A stretch of DNA of 63,964 bases, counting the filler, from Mitosporidium daphniae (lineage: Eukaryota): NCBI RefSeq assembly GCF_000760515.2. It is 5 parts of 5 records of this genome, joined end to end, with 100 filler letters (N's around TTAATTAATTAA, not from the genome) between each part and the next. Parts side by side here need not be neighbours in the genome. Positions count along the whole stretch, not along the records: positions 1 to 13,743 come from NW_013546709.1; 4 more parts are not named here. One strand, given 5' to 3'. The position numbers were made by a program, and so were the translations under genes. The notes beneath the pieces were generated by a model. The model was given only the letters and a program-made list of their open reading frames with translations, made no database searches and was not told the DNA's origin. This document shows positions 1 through 11,535 of the stretch, in pieces. Position 1 is the first letter of the stretch. Each line of letters opens with the position of its first letter.

Positions 1-236
1 GGTCTTCCCGCCTCTATACTTGGCTGTCCACAGAATTTCTCTGCCTCAAAATACTTGAAAGTGAAAGAGATCAATCAAACACAGGGTTAGAGTTGGTCGG
101 TTATAAGGTACTGGATCCTTCTTTCTGCTTCGGCGTCCTTGTAATAAAGGGGTCTGGTGGCACATATGCGACCCCAATCCATGATTGGCCTTAAATGGGC
201 TATTTTTATTTCCAAAGTTGCATTATCAATCGACAT
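1..236 (-). CDS. 5' part of an unidentified protein, running off the window edge
   Basis: ATG at 236 opens MSIDNATLEIKIAHLRP...; a second open frame (FKYFEAEKFCGQPSIEAGR) continues to base 1, implying an intron that I did not pin down. Confidence 0.4.
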
Positions 237-377
237 GATCAATTCCGCCGCTAAAGTGTGCCAGTTAAACAATTTTCAAGCAAACGCACATTTATGTGCC
301 CATCGTCTGTGTTTCTCCAACGCCACATAAAAAAAAGACGGCGCAAGATGTATGGTTTAAAACGCCAAAAAGTTTCT

Positions 378-1986
378 TTATTTGGGACAAAGCCTTACTT
401 CGAGGTCCATGTGGGTGGATGGAGGCAGACCAAGTAGCGCACGCATAAAGTTTTCCAGTGCAAGTCTCTGCGACTGCAATGCATTTACTGTCTGTGTGCT
501 CTTTGGAAAAAGAGGTGCCTTCAGACAATAGGAAAGATGCGACAGAACAGAGTGCATTTGCATATTGTCAGGCTTTACCACCTGCACGCGCCCTATCAAT
601 TACAAACCAAAGAATTTTACCAAGAAGGTCAGTAAGCAAAACAAGATCAATCATCAGCGGCACCGCAAGAAGCGAGTCTTCGCAGACAGTATGGATCGAC
701 ATTGTCTGACGACCGCCGCAATAGATTTCGCTCTCATATTCGTCAAGAGCACGCTTGGAATCGCCAACTGCAGGAGTATACTTGATGACGACAACGTGAT
801 CAGGGCCTTTTCCATCCGGATAGAGTATCATGTTGGATGCAACCGTGTCCTCGATGACACCGGATTTCGATATTTCCTTGGATCGGAACTGCGAGGGCGA
901 GGAGAGATTGAGGCCGTCATTGTTACCTAAATGTAAGGCAAAGAAAAAAGGCATACCCAGGTGATTGTAGGAGGCAATCGAAATCGGCTTAATTCCTGCA
1001 GAAACAAGAAAGTCTACCAGAACACATTTGAGCTTCGTTTGGCCGGATTTAAAGTCGTCTCCAGCGACAAGGACACCTTTTTGCAGGGCAAGATCTACAA
1101 CAGAAGGAATGAGCGTGTTTTGTGGAGATCCGTTTATAAAGGGGGCATTTTCTAATATTGCAGCAACGGCATACAAAACTGAAGGCGCAACTTCGGAGTC
1201 GTTGCCCTTCTCAATTGCCTCGATAAGCGATTCTGCATTTTGCCCGGGAAATTGCGAAAATCGTTCTGTATTCGCTGTCCACAACACGATCACCTGGTCC
1301 AGGTTGTGCTGGGCACGAAAAGTGCGAATGTCCGATCGTAGCTTTTCCAATTGCTGCTTTTTGGTTCCCGGAATCAGGTTATTTGCCCTTGAGCCCTGAT
1401 TCATTGCAATAAAGTCTGGATCATATGTGCCAGGAAGTGGTATGATATTTCCGATCAGCGGCTCAAGTTGTGCTTGGAGGTCAGGCTCAAGAACCTGGGC
1501 TCGCGTCATGGCTTCACTCATGGATGCCGAGGAAATATCCCATCCGGTAACAGGCATCGAGGCCGGATCAACAAGCGGAAGGAACGAGGAAAACGGAGCA
1601 TATACAGACCCGTTGTCACCTCGGCCCAATCGCAGACTAGAAGCCAGAGTGAGTGAACCAAGATAATTTGGCTTCTGGACACCCCATCTTGTGCGCCATT
1701 GAAGAGCATGGCGATGGGCAGTAAGCGTCGCCAATAGCGTGGATCCATTATTTCCGCCAAGACCGACAAGCATTAGGCCTGTTTTGGGCACTTTAAGGCG
1801 GGTTTCAAAAACATATTGCTGTTTGTAGGGGCGAAGGATAGCATTTCCCGGAGATGCAGGGTCAAACGAAACGCTTGTATCTTCGTAATTTAGTGTGGAA
1901 ATTCTGCAATTTTTCGTCACATCTACGTATGAATTTGGAGAATCGATCTTAATGGAGGCGACAAAGTTTGGATTGGCTATAGTCAT
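378..1986 (-). CDS. INO1: myo-inositol-1-phosphate synthase
   Basis: GLGGNNG, LWTANTERF, NGSPQNT, GDDFKSGQTK, SYNHLGNNDG and CEDSLLA motifs; introns 927-956 (30 nt) and 593-620 (28 nt) join the C-terminal exon VNALQSQRLALENFMRALLGLPP. Confidence 0.97.
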
Positions 1987-2169
1987 TGAATTAATAATCA
2001 ATGGAAATTTGCAATATTGATCAGTTGCGAGTCGCGAATGAGCACATTTAAATATGTAATGAACTGTCGCTGCATGGCAACATCCGTTTTCGCACAAAGC
2101 CAAGAGCTTGCAACGCTAACCCTAGCCCTTGATTTTAATTTTAATTTTAATTTATACCAAGAATGGCCA

Positions 2170-3746
2170 TCAAACCGACGTGGTGTTGGCCAGCAGGAGT
2201 TCCAGGACACCAGAGACGGCGGAAACCTCTTCTTGAAGAGCAAGCTCATTTTGTATCCTAACACGGAACTTTGAAAGCAAATCAAGAATGCTCTGACGCT
2301 CAACGGGGTTTTTAATCGAAAAGGACTCCAAAAAGTCAACAAGTACTTGTAGAGATCGTATCATGATGGGCGCATGATGAGGATCTGTCGAATATTGCAG
2401 TAGCACTAGTGAGAGGCGTTTCAAATATTCCAGAGACCTTCCGGAAAATACTGCCAAAAGCACGCCTCGCCTTGCAAATTCTTCAAACAAGAGCGCCAAA
2501 ACAGAGGCAGACGGCGACTATTATGTAGGATAAAATAAATTCTGAAGCACTTACGGCAATAGCGACATCTAGCGCACGTCTGTGATCAAATGAGCGCAAC
2601 AGGGAATCGATTTCCCGATATTTTGGAAGAGAGGCCTTTTCCACCACAATTCGCGACGTCGATTTGGTTGCAGTTTTAGCGATAGGGGGAGATTCCTTTC
2701 GCTCCCTAATTGAGATTTGTCCGCTGGCCATTCCAACAGCAAGCCGGTTGCCGCCATCCTACAAAACGTCAATATAATCAAGCTTCGTACATTGAGTACA
2801 ACACACAGGATGGGGCTTCCATAAACAAAAGTGCGCTCAGTTCTCAATTCACCGGTCGCAGGATCAATACCAATCACCTTCACATGGTGATCTATAGAGC
2901 CCGTGAGGATTGACATCGTTTTTCGGTCATAAACCAGCGCTGTAATAGTCTTCTGGTGCGGCGTGTAAGAAAAGAGCGGGCTTTTTGAGGCCGTTGACGA
3001 AACTAGATCCCATCCGTAGATTTTCGAACCAGCTGCTGAATACAAAATTGAGCCAGAGCCGATGACCATGGACTCTACAGGCTCCTCGTGTTGGAAGGCG
3101 GCCAAAGTCTCTCCGGTCCGCAGGTCCCAGCAACGGATGCTCTTATCGTATGACCCTAACCCTAAAAGCACAATATGATACCTGAATAGAAAACATCTGG
3201 ATTCGAGTCTAGCGAAAAAGCCAAAGATTTTACATAATCCGTATGACCTTCAAAACGGGAAAGCATCTTTTCACCAAGGATGTCCCACAATCCCACTGTC
3301 ATATCTTCTGAGGCAGAAATCGCACGCCCGCTGTTTCCTAGAAAAGAAATCGCCGTGACAGCTCGTGTATGTCCTGAAAGTGTCCGCATTATTGATCGGC
3401 TCTTCACATCATGCAGCTGCATTAATCCAGAGACACAGCCAGAAAGTAGTAGTCGCCCATCTGATCTGTATGCGATGCACGTAATGTCCTCTTTGCATCT
3501 GGTAAGCCTTTTTTGGACTTCTGTAGAGGAGCCGCTACAAATGGATATGGTGCTTCCAGTAGCCCATGTAAGAGTTTCAGTCAGCGGCGTGAAAAGGACT
3601 TCCATTGCCGGGGAGCCTGTTTCAACACGGTGTGTAACCTTGAAGGTGTTCCAGTAAAGCATTCTACTAGACATGGTCTCGCCCTCAAGTGCCCTGCTCT
3701 TTTGCCGTGCACGCTCTGAAAGCCGACTAGGCAGGTGCAGCGACAT
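2170..3746 (-). CDS. UTP15: WD40 U3 snoRNP/SSU processome protein Utp15
   Basis: WD repeats (GHTRAV, GHTDYV, GSYDKSIRCWD, PHQKTIT) followed by a helical C-terminal region (LFEEFARRGVL...ELALQEE); several short introns link ORFs 3162-3746, 2569-3171, 2483-2731 and 2170-2499. Confidence 0.85.
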
Positions 3747-4794
3747 GAAAAAGTAAAATTTCGAATTATTTTTTTACTTAAAATGTTAGGGTTTGGGTTG
3801 AGGTTAGAGGAAAGTTGTACTAAACAGCGCTATCGATAGTCTTGGCGGTAAAGACGGGTTAGTGATAAGGCTTTGCCCTCCTCATTTGCAGTCACTTGAA
3901 AATGACAGGTGTGGGGGTTCCTTTTATCGGTTTTCAGCCCTCAATAGCAACTATGCATGAAACTGATATTCTCTCTTCGTCAGAGACAGGGTTGAGGCTA
4001 GCACTAAAATTAGGGCTAGGATCAAAAAGCTTGGGCTCAATATGATGATGATGTCTCAAGTTTGAGCTGCAAAAAAGGCTAGGTACATACAATTTTCCAC
4101 CGGCACCCTTTCAGCAACTGTTGAAGGCTGAGATCTGTCATTTCTACTTATTAATGGCCCTTTCTGAATGACAAACTTTAAATGCGGGCTTCTAGCTGAT
4201 ACCAGATTGAGTGCCTGTGTTTTCTCTTGTTCAGCAGCGACTGGTCTTGTTTCCTTTCTTTTGGCAAAAACAGGATCCAAAGTTAAAGCGAGAGCTTGCT
4301 CTTTCGTCCTTTTTTAAGAGTATTGCTTAAGAAAGGAGTAAAAATGAAAAGCAAAACCAGGAGAAAATACCTGTTAAGGCTTTGCTGAAATCGACAGTTT
4401 TGTGAAGAACAAGCTCGCCATTTTATGCTCATTTCGCATCCATTGAAAAAATCCCCTCAATGCTTGCAAATGTGGCTAGTTAGTTTCGAGTAAATTTTAC
4501 TACTGGATTCTTATACGTGCTACTTTTTTGGCCAGATGGATCTGCGCTAAGCATGCTATACGGAACCTCAATCACTCAATGGAAAGATTTATAAAAGGGA
4601 GGTGGACCATGCACTGCAATAAAGCTTTTCTTAAACGCTCCTGGAAAATCAAGTGCATAAAAACGTCTTAAGGTCAATAAATGTTAAAGAGACCGAGATT
4701 TAATGTGATGCTCAACATTGCACCCATTTGCTAGGAATTCGGTCTTTCCCAGAGGGTTCACCAGTCCAAGTCTATCCATAAGTGCATTTCACTT

Positions 4795-7053
4795 CTATTC
4801 CTTTGATGCATGTACATGAAGGAACATGGTCGCAAAAAGAAAAAGACCGCCGTATTCGGTGCCGCGTTGGAAAAGCTCAACTGAGTCAAAGGCAACGGGT
4901 CGTGTGACAGACAAGTGGACCTTAAACCTGATCCTCGGCCGCTCTGCAAGCGGCTCTACGCGTTCTGTTTGGTTATGTAACAGGACAAAATCCTGCTCCT
5001 GGTCTCCCGCCGTGCTGGACTCCAGCTCTAACTCCAATAAAAGCATCTCGACGCCATCAGGTACATGGATGGACGTAGCACGCGCATCATTTACCGATGT
5101 CAATGCCCAAGAATGGCGCCACTTCTGCTCTGCATCTGAAAGAAATACACGAACAGGGACAAAGATGGACCCGGCACACTGTTCGCCAGACGATGAGGCA
5201 AGTGCCAATCCAAACGTCGATGGCGGCCTCGCCGCCAGTTGATGATGGAGTTGCGTCAATCCAGAAGCCGATGCGGTTGTTCCAGATACCATTTGGTGTT
5301 GCAATGGTGGCGGAGGAGCCAGTCTCCGGGGCATGTAAAATGCAGGTGGCGAAGCCGTGGACCGATCCCAACGCCGAAGTGGCAATGGCAGCGATACTGC
5401 CGCAGCAGAAGAAATTTGTGACCGTAGAATTGCAGGCATCCCAACAGCAGGAGGCAGGTGCGGCCCTGATGCTTGACAGCGACTCTCAATGAGTGTCCAC
5501 TCCCGTGGCAGGCTTTTAGCAAGAAATGCCACAATGCTTTCGGCAACGGCATTTGTGGCGTCCTCTGACTTTGTAGATGCGGATCGAAGTGAGACGAATC
5601 TTTGGCACTCGCGACACCGCCGGATAGCCTCTACTAGAAACTCTGTCACCACAGGTTTTGCCATCGCTAGCGAGCGCCAGGAGGCCGCCCCAAGCAACGC
5701 TGAGTAAGGCCGTCCGGAATGCTCCATTCGCAATACGCGCGCTACCAAACTGGAAACAAGCAATGAAACACGATGGGCTTCTGGAGGGGCTTCCGCTGGA
5801 GTAGAAACCAATAGTGCACGCCACTCCCCGATCCGCTCAGCACTGAGATCCGCACCGACAAGCTCCAATGGCGTTTGTAACATCCAGTTTTTGACGGTCG
5901 TACAAGCGCCGTAGGCAATAATAAGCCGCTCACACATTTCAAACTGCTTGCCAAAGGCGGCCCAAGCAAGCGCCGTAGAATCGTAAAGAGCGTCACGACT
6001 TTCTAACACGCCTACGCCACAGCGTTCCACCAATGCGTCTATAACGTTCACCGCGCCAAAATAAGCGGCACAATGAGCAACAGACCACCGTACATTATCC
6101 AAAGCAGCTACTTCTTGCGGTAGAGAGGGCCAGACCGCATAATGCCTCGTGATTGTGTCGATGGTAGGCAGTCTGGCATCTGCAGGGCTTCTGGAGCTAG
6201 AAGCTTCTGGCGGGCGGTTCAGTAACGCTAGTACTGTTGCAATGTCGTCTCGAGCGGCCGCCGTAAAAAGTACTTGCAGCGGGGTGGAGACAACTTTTTG
6301 TGGTACTGGAGCTGCCTGCACTACCACTTTGTTTCGCCGACGATCGCTCTCCCCATCATCAACCGAAATAAGCTCATTTTCGACAGGAGACTCCCGCCGA
6401 GGCGCTGCTTTCCTCTCGCGTCGAGTTGCTAGGGTGAGTCGCGGAGCTAGCTTCCTGATGAATCCCAGCATAAGAGATGCGTCTTTATAGATGATGGAAT
6501 CTTGCTGGTTATAGATCTGTGCATTCTTGAACATGGTTTCATAGTCTGCCATCAGTTCATCCTTAGTGACATAACGCCCAGCGCGCACTTGCTCCATGAT
6601 GGACTTTAGCGAGAGTGGTCGCTCAATGACCTTATAATAGTCTGGATATCTTCTCCTCGAAGGCAGTGTCTCGAATACCAATGCAAGTTGTCGTGGTGCA
6701 TAGCCTTCAGGCGGATCTCCAGGCTCTAATTGCTCCATCAGAAGTCCATTCATGTATTCTGCCATATCGACCAGTGTATTAAACGGCTCCTGCACAGTCT
6801 TTGGACTCGCTAGCTCTATTGGTGGTGGAGTTTGCCCTTCCATAGATGGAGATTTGAGAGTAATGCGAAGCAAGTTGTCGCCTTTTCGTTCTTTGGACGA
6901 CGCTAGGATGCGCAGCGAGATTTTCCCATCCTTCGGTTGTAGCCGATGTCCACTCTCTGCGGCGCTTTTTCCATCACCATCATCATCATCACCTTTTTTT
7001 GAATCGGCGTTTGATTTGTTCACGTTGGAGAGAGCAGAGCTCCTTTTAGTCAT
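4795..7053 (-). CDS. bromodomain plus ankyrin-repeat protein (RSC/polybromo-type bromodomain)
   Basis: Bromodomain FETLPSRRRYPDYYKVIERPLSL...MFKNAQIYNQQDSIIY; ankyrin-like repeats AHCAAYFGAVNV and TALAWAAFGKQFEM...TPLEL; likely start MTKRSS at 7053. Confidence 0.8.
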   Translation of the reverse strand: MTKRSSALSNVNKSNADSKKGDDDDGDGKSAAESGHRLQPKDGKISLRILASSKERKGDNLLRITLKSPSMEGQTPPPIELASPKTVQEPFNTLVDMAEYMNGLLMEQLEPGDPPEGYAPRQLALVFETLPSRRRYPDYYKVIERPLSLKSIMEQVRAGRYVTKDELMADYETMFKNAQIYNQQDSIIYKDASLMLGFIRKLAPRLTLATRRERKAAPRRESPVENELISVDDGESDRRRNKVVVQAAPVPQKVVSTPLQVLFTAAARDDIATVLALLNRPPEASSSRSPADARLPTIDTITRHYAVWPSLPQEVAALDNVRWSVAHCAAYFGAVNVIDALVERCGVGVLESRDALYDSTALAWAAFGKQFEMCERLIIAYGACTTVKNWMLQTPLELVGADLSAERIGEWRALLVSTPAEAPPEAHRVSLLVSSLVARVLRMEHSGRPYSALLGAASWRSLAMAKPVVTEFLVEAIRRCRECQRFVSLRSASTKSEDATNAVAESIVAFLAKSLPREWTLIESRCQASGPHLPPAVGMPAILRSQISSAAAVSLPLPLRRWDRSTASPPAFYMPRRLAPPPPLQHQMVSGTTASASGLTQLHHQLAARPPSTFGLALASSSGEQCAGSIFVPVRVFLSDAEQKWRHSWALTSVNDARATSIHVPDGVEMLLLELELESSTAGDQEQDFVLLHNQTERVEPLAERPRIRFKVHLSVTRPVAFDSVELFQRGTEYGGLFLFATMFLHVHASKE

Positions 7054-7102
7054 TGGAATTGGAAATTTTAATTCGAAATTGTAATTTAATTTTCCAATTC
7101 CA

Positions 7103-8440
7103 ATGATGTTCGAGGAGCCTGCCAATCCCCAAATCGACGCGGAGGCCTCTGCGATCATCCTCAACCAGGAGACAGTGTCTGCACCTTCCGCATTCATCAC
7201 ATCACAGAATGTGGATGAATGGATCGAGCAGCTCAAGTGCTGTCGTCTCCTATCCGAAGCGAATGTACAATTGCTCTGTGACAAGGTAACATTGAATGAG
7301 CCACTTCCCGGTCTATCTATTGATCAACCCATCGATGCAGATAATTTTTTCGAGTGTTTGAGCAGCCAATTTTTTGGCTGCATCCATAATTTGGCTGCTC
7401 AAACATTTATATTGATGGCATTTATGTTCCCATCCTGTTGGTGCTAATTTTATAGGCGCGGGAGATTCTCATGGGGGAGGGTGCAGTGCAGAATGTCACT
7501 GCCCCAGTGACTGTATGTGGCGACATCCATGGGCAGTTCTGGGACCTTATAGAGCTCTTTGAGATTGGCGGTCCATTACCGTATACTAACTACCTCTTCA
7601 TGGGCGACTACGTGGACAGGGGCTACCACTCCGTGGAGACGATCTCTCTGCTGCTTGCTCTCAAGGTCAAGTACCCTGCTTGTATTACGCTTCTGCGTGG
7701 AAACCATGAATCACGGCAGATTACACAGGTTTATGGGTTTTACGATGAGTGTGTTAAGAAATATGGCACACCAACCGTTTGGCGTCATTTTACAGATCTT
7801 TTTGATTATCTACCTCTAACAGCACTCATTGACGACGAGGTGGCACAAATTTATTTACTGATTCATAGGTACCCAAAGGGGACTTATTGATCACTTATTC
7901 CTAGGCATGATAGAGGCTTCTCATTTCATAGGTAATGTAAATTCGTCCGCTTATTTGAGATCTTTTGCCTGCATGGCGGATTGTCGCCGTCCATCGAGAC
8001 GATCGACCAGATCCGCACGATAGATCGTGTCCAAGAGGTTCCCGCCGACGGCGCCATGGTTGACCTGCTCTGGTCAGACCCTGATGACCGCAATGGATGG
8101 GGGCTTTCGCCTCGAGGTGCCGGATACACTTTCGGGTCTGATATTTCGCAAGCATTCAACACCAGAAACAACCTAAAGATGATTGCTCGTGCTCACCAGC
8201 TTGTGATGCAAGGATACAATTGGAGCCAGGACCAGGCAGTGGTTACGTTATTCTCGGCACCCAACTATTGTTATCGATGCAGCAACCAGGCCGCTATTAT
8301 GGAGATCGACCAGCAGTTGCAAGCGACATTGTATGTTTTGTTGGTAACCTTAACTCTCCTGCTTTAGCACGCAGTTCGACCCTTCCCCGCGGAGCAGCGA
8401 CCAGGACACCTCCAAGAGTGCCCTAGACTACTTTTTGTAA
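7103..8440 (+). CDS. Ser/Thr protein phosphatase 2A-family catalytic subunit
   Basis: [44 protein letters not shown] and C-terminal DYFL; introns 7286-7455, 7840-7959 and 8331-8367. Confidence 0.95.
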
Positions 8441-8689
8441 TACACCAGAGCATCAAGATCATCGTACACTTTGATAGAGGCATGCGCTAACCAGCGCATC
8501 GCAGTATTCAATTGCAAGCGTACATGTAAATCCCGAAATTTGGCCCTACTGTTGGCTGCCCAATGTGATTGGTCCTAACCCGTAAATGTGCAATTCACAC
8601 CCACGTGCATGTCCCCACATGCTAATGTGACGTGCGAATTTGCGGAGTCATAGGGGTACATACTCTAAGATCGGTTTATTTACACAAGT

Positions 8690-9870
8690 CTATTTGGGCA
8701 TGTAGTCCCACTCGTCAATATAGACTTGCTCCACATAGGAGGGGGGGTAGAACAGCGACTCGTCTTCGCTATATGTTTCGAAATACTGGGCGTCCGTGGG
8801 CGACGTCAACGTTGGCACAATCGGCGGCTCAATATTCTTCTTCAGAAGCTGCTCCCATTGGATGTCGTCGAACCACGGGTGATTCATAATATCGTGGGCG
8901 CCATTTAGCAACACACCAAGCCTGACCGTCGGATCTGGAGTGCACAGCCGCAGGATCAAATCGACGGCAAGCGGATCAAGATATGCAGGGAACTTCCATG
9001 AGGCCTCAAGCACCACCTCGTAAAGGTTCGTATTGGAGCGCGGTGTAAATGGCGGCATGCCCACCAGCATTTCATATATGAGGACGCCGAGTGCATACCA
9101 ATCAACACCAATGCCATACTCTCGGCCCAGGATAATCTCTGGCGCCAAATACTCTGGCGTGCCGCAAAGCGTCCGCGTCAACCCTGCAGGCACCATCTTT
9201 GCAAAGCCAAAGTCTGTCAACACAACATGCCCCTTGTCGTCTAGCAAAACATTTTCTGGCTTCAAATCGCGGTAAATAATAGAATTCCGATGTAAATATT
9301 CAAGAACTAAAATTAACTCCGCCACATAGAACCTGCAGCTCTCATTTGAGAACCGCTAAGAAGAGCAAAAATTAAACGTACCACCAGCCGACGCAGAATG
9401 CTGAAGAGCTCACCACCGGGGACATAGTCCATTAGCAGATAGAGATTCGCTGGATCTTGGAACGAAGCGACCAAATATACCATAAATGGGTGCTGCAACG
9501 ATGACAAGATCTTCTGCTCGTTGATTGTGTGTGGCAATTGGCGTGTCTCGAGAATTCGACGCTTGTTAAGCACTTTCAATGCATATGGCTTTTTCGTCTC
9601 CAAATGGATGACAAGAAAAACCCTGCCAAAAGAGCCTGTCCCAATTGTTCTTACTCGCTGAAAGTCTTTCAAAGAGATCGATGTGACGCGTTGCGAGGCG
9701 ACTTTCAACGGTTTCGCCGGTGAAATTGTCCGATTTTCATCCTCACAAGATCGGCAAATCTTAAACTGCGAAAAGAACCGTACCAACGAGGGAAATTTTT
9801 TACGTACCTTTTTTCCAGCAGCGGTTGCAAATGATCTCTTGGAAGCTTGTTCGTGTGGCTTCTTACTCAT
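8690..9870 (-). CDS. cAMP-dependent protein kinase catalytic subunit (PKA-C/TPK-like)
   Basis: GTGSFGRV, YRDLKPEN, TDFGFAK, TLCGTPEYLAPE; 26-nt intron 9356-9381. Confidence 0.92.
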
Positions 9871-9999
9871 AGATCAATTTCCGGATAAAAATTGCACTCC
9901 AATTGGCGCATCACGGACTCAGGTGAGTTGTCCTATTTTTTGGTGTTATTTACACATGTCAAATGTCAAGCAAATTAAAAAGTAAAGTTTAATTTCCTT

Positions 10000-10948
10000 C
10001 TAAAGAGCAGATGCACCTGTAATGATATCCACCAGCTCATTGGTAATAACAGCCTGGCGAGTCCGGTTGTATTTCATCGTCAGACGTACGATGATTTCAC
10101 CTATGATATTATAATATGGACCACTTGCCTGCATTCTTTGTGGCATTTTCCATTGCCGTTCGCTTGGCGGCCATTTCGGCGGCATGACCCTCTGAGAGGG
10201 TCCAAAAAAGCTGGCTAGCAAATAAAAAGTCGCCATAGTTCATTAGTGCCTCTTCGTCAACCTCATACTTTTCAATGCCGTCTAAAAGTTACTTGAATTG
10301 ACCAACCTATGGACAGGAGAGAATCCGCCCGCAAGGCGGTAATTTCACTGCTTTCAAAGGCAATAACTGATTTGAAGTGGTTATAGAAAATTTTTATCAC
10401 CGACGGCTTGATGGGAAACTCTTTTTCTAAAGTATCTACGATATTAGAGGCATCAAGGAAGACAGGGATCACTCTTCCCAATTGATTAAAGTGGCCTGTA
10501 ATATAAGACCTCGCTTCGCGCGCAATTTGTGGTTTCGCCTTATCTCCAAGCACTAGCACTGCGGGTGAGGAGTTTGGCATTTCTCTAATTGTGTCTTTGA
10601 CGCTCTTCTTGACCAATTTAGAGATCGATGAGTGGATCGAACCACACAACCCCCTGTCGGAAGACACCGCGATAAGTAGAGGAGCAAAGTTTTCGTTTTG
10701 CGCTGGCGAGGGGACTTTTAAATGTTCATAAATTGCTACACGGACCATGTACAATCAAGGGCTTACTTTGCGTTGCTGCCCCATAGATTCTGCCGCAGTC
10801 CATTGCCTTTTGCGCGCGAGCCAGCTTCGTACTTGCAATCATCTTCATGGACTTTGTGATCTTTGCAATGTTTTTAATAGACTTTAGGCGCAGCTGAACT
10901 AGTCAATGGCTTTAAAGAGCGAGGCTTACTGTCCTTAAGCGTGGCCAT
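10000..10948 (-). CDS. ATP3: mitochondrial F1 ATP synthase gamma subunit
   Basis: [40 protein letters not shown]-terminal [23 protein letters not shown]; four short introns, one of them GC-AG (10101-10128). Confidence 0.96.
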
Positions 10949-11062
10949 GTTAAATTGCCAAAAGTTACAAATAAAAATTGGTGCCATCAGCATTTCGGTG
11001 TTGTTGTAACCCTTACACTGTTCTTTTAATTGTACATTGTCGATTGGAACGCTTTCATTTGG

Positions 11063-11535
11063 ATGTCGGTTCCCCTCATCAAGCTTGGCTATCTGTTGGT
11101 CCGGACACTTTCAAAGCCAATAGCAAAGATTGTCACACACCAGGCAGCCGAACATCCGAGGTTCAGGGAAATATGCATCAGGCTCTCGCAATCGTACCAC
11201 AAGATGGAGGTCAATCTTCGTTCAAGAGTTGTGTCGGGCGAGACTTCTCCTGAAATCAGGCCGTTAAACGACCAAAAGGCAATCCAATTGGGAGGTAAGA
11301 TGCGCAGAAGCGGCTAATTTTAGCCAATTTTATTGGCGAGTTTGTGATTTTCGCGATTGCCGGTGGAGTCTTGCTTGGCGAGTCGCTCAGATCAAGTGCC
11401 TCTGAGCGGCAGAAAAAGGAGCAACTCGATATGAGGATCTTTGCACTGGAACAGGCTGTGATGAAGATTCCCGAGCTGGAGGCTCAACTGCTGCTAATGG
11501 CAAGGGACGCTGTTGAAAATAAGGGTTTAAAGTAG
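11063..11535 (+). CDS. OPA3: OPA3-like mitochondrial protein
   Basis: KLGYLLVRTLSKPIA...IRPLNDQKAIQLGANFIGEFVIFAIAGG; intron about 11295-11323. Confidence 0.9.

Noticed and set aside
4040..4135. Possible box C/D snoRNA (ATGATGA ... CTGA)
   Set aside because: The C box is part of a (GAT)n microsatellite; no convincing terminal stem or recognisable guide
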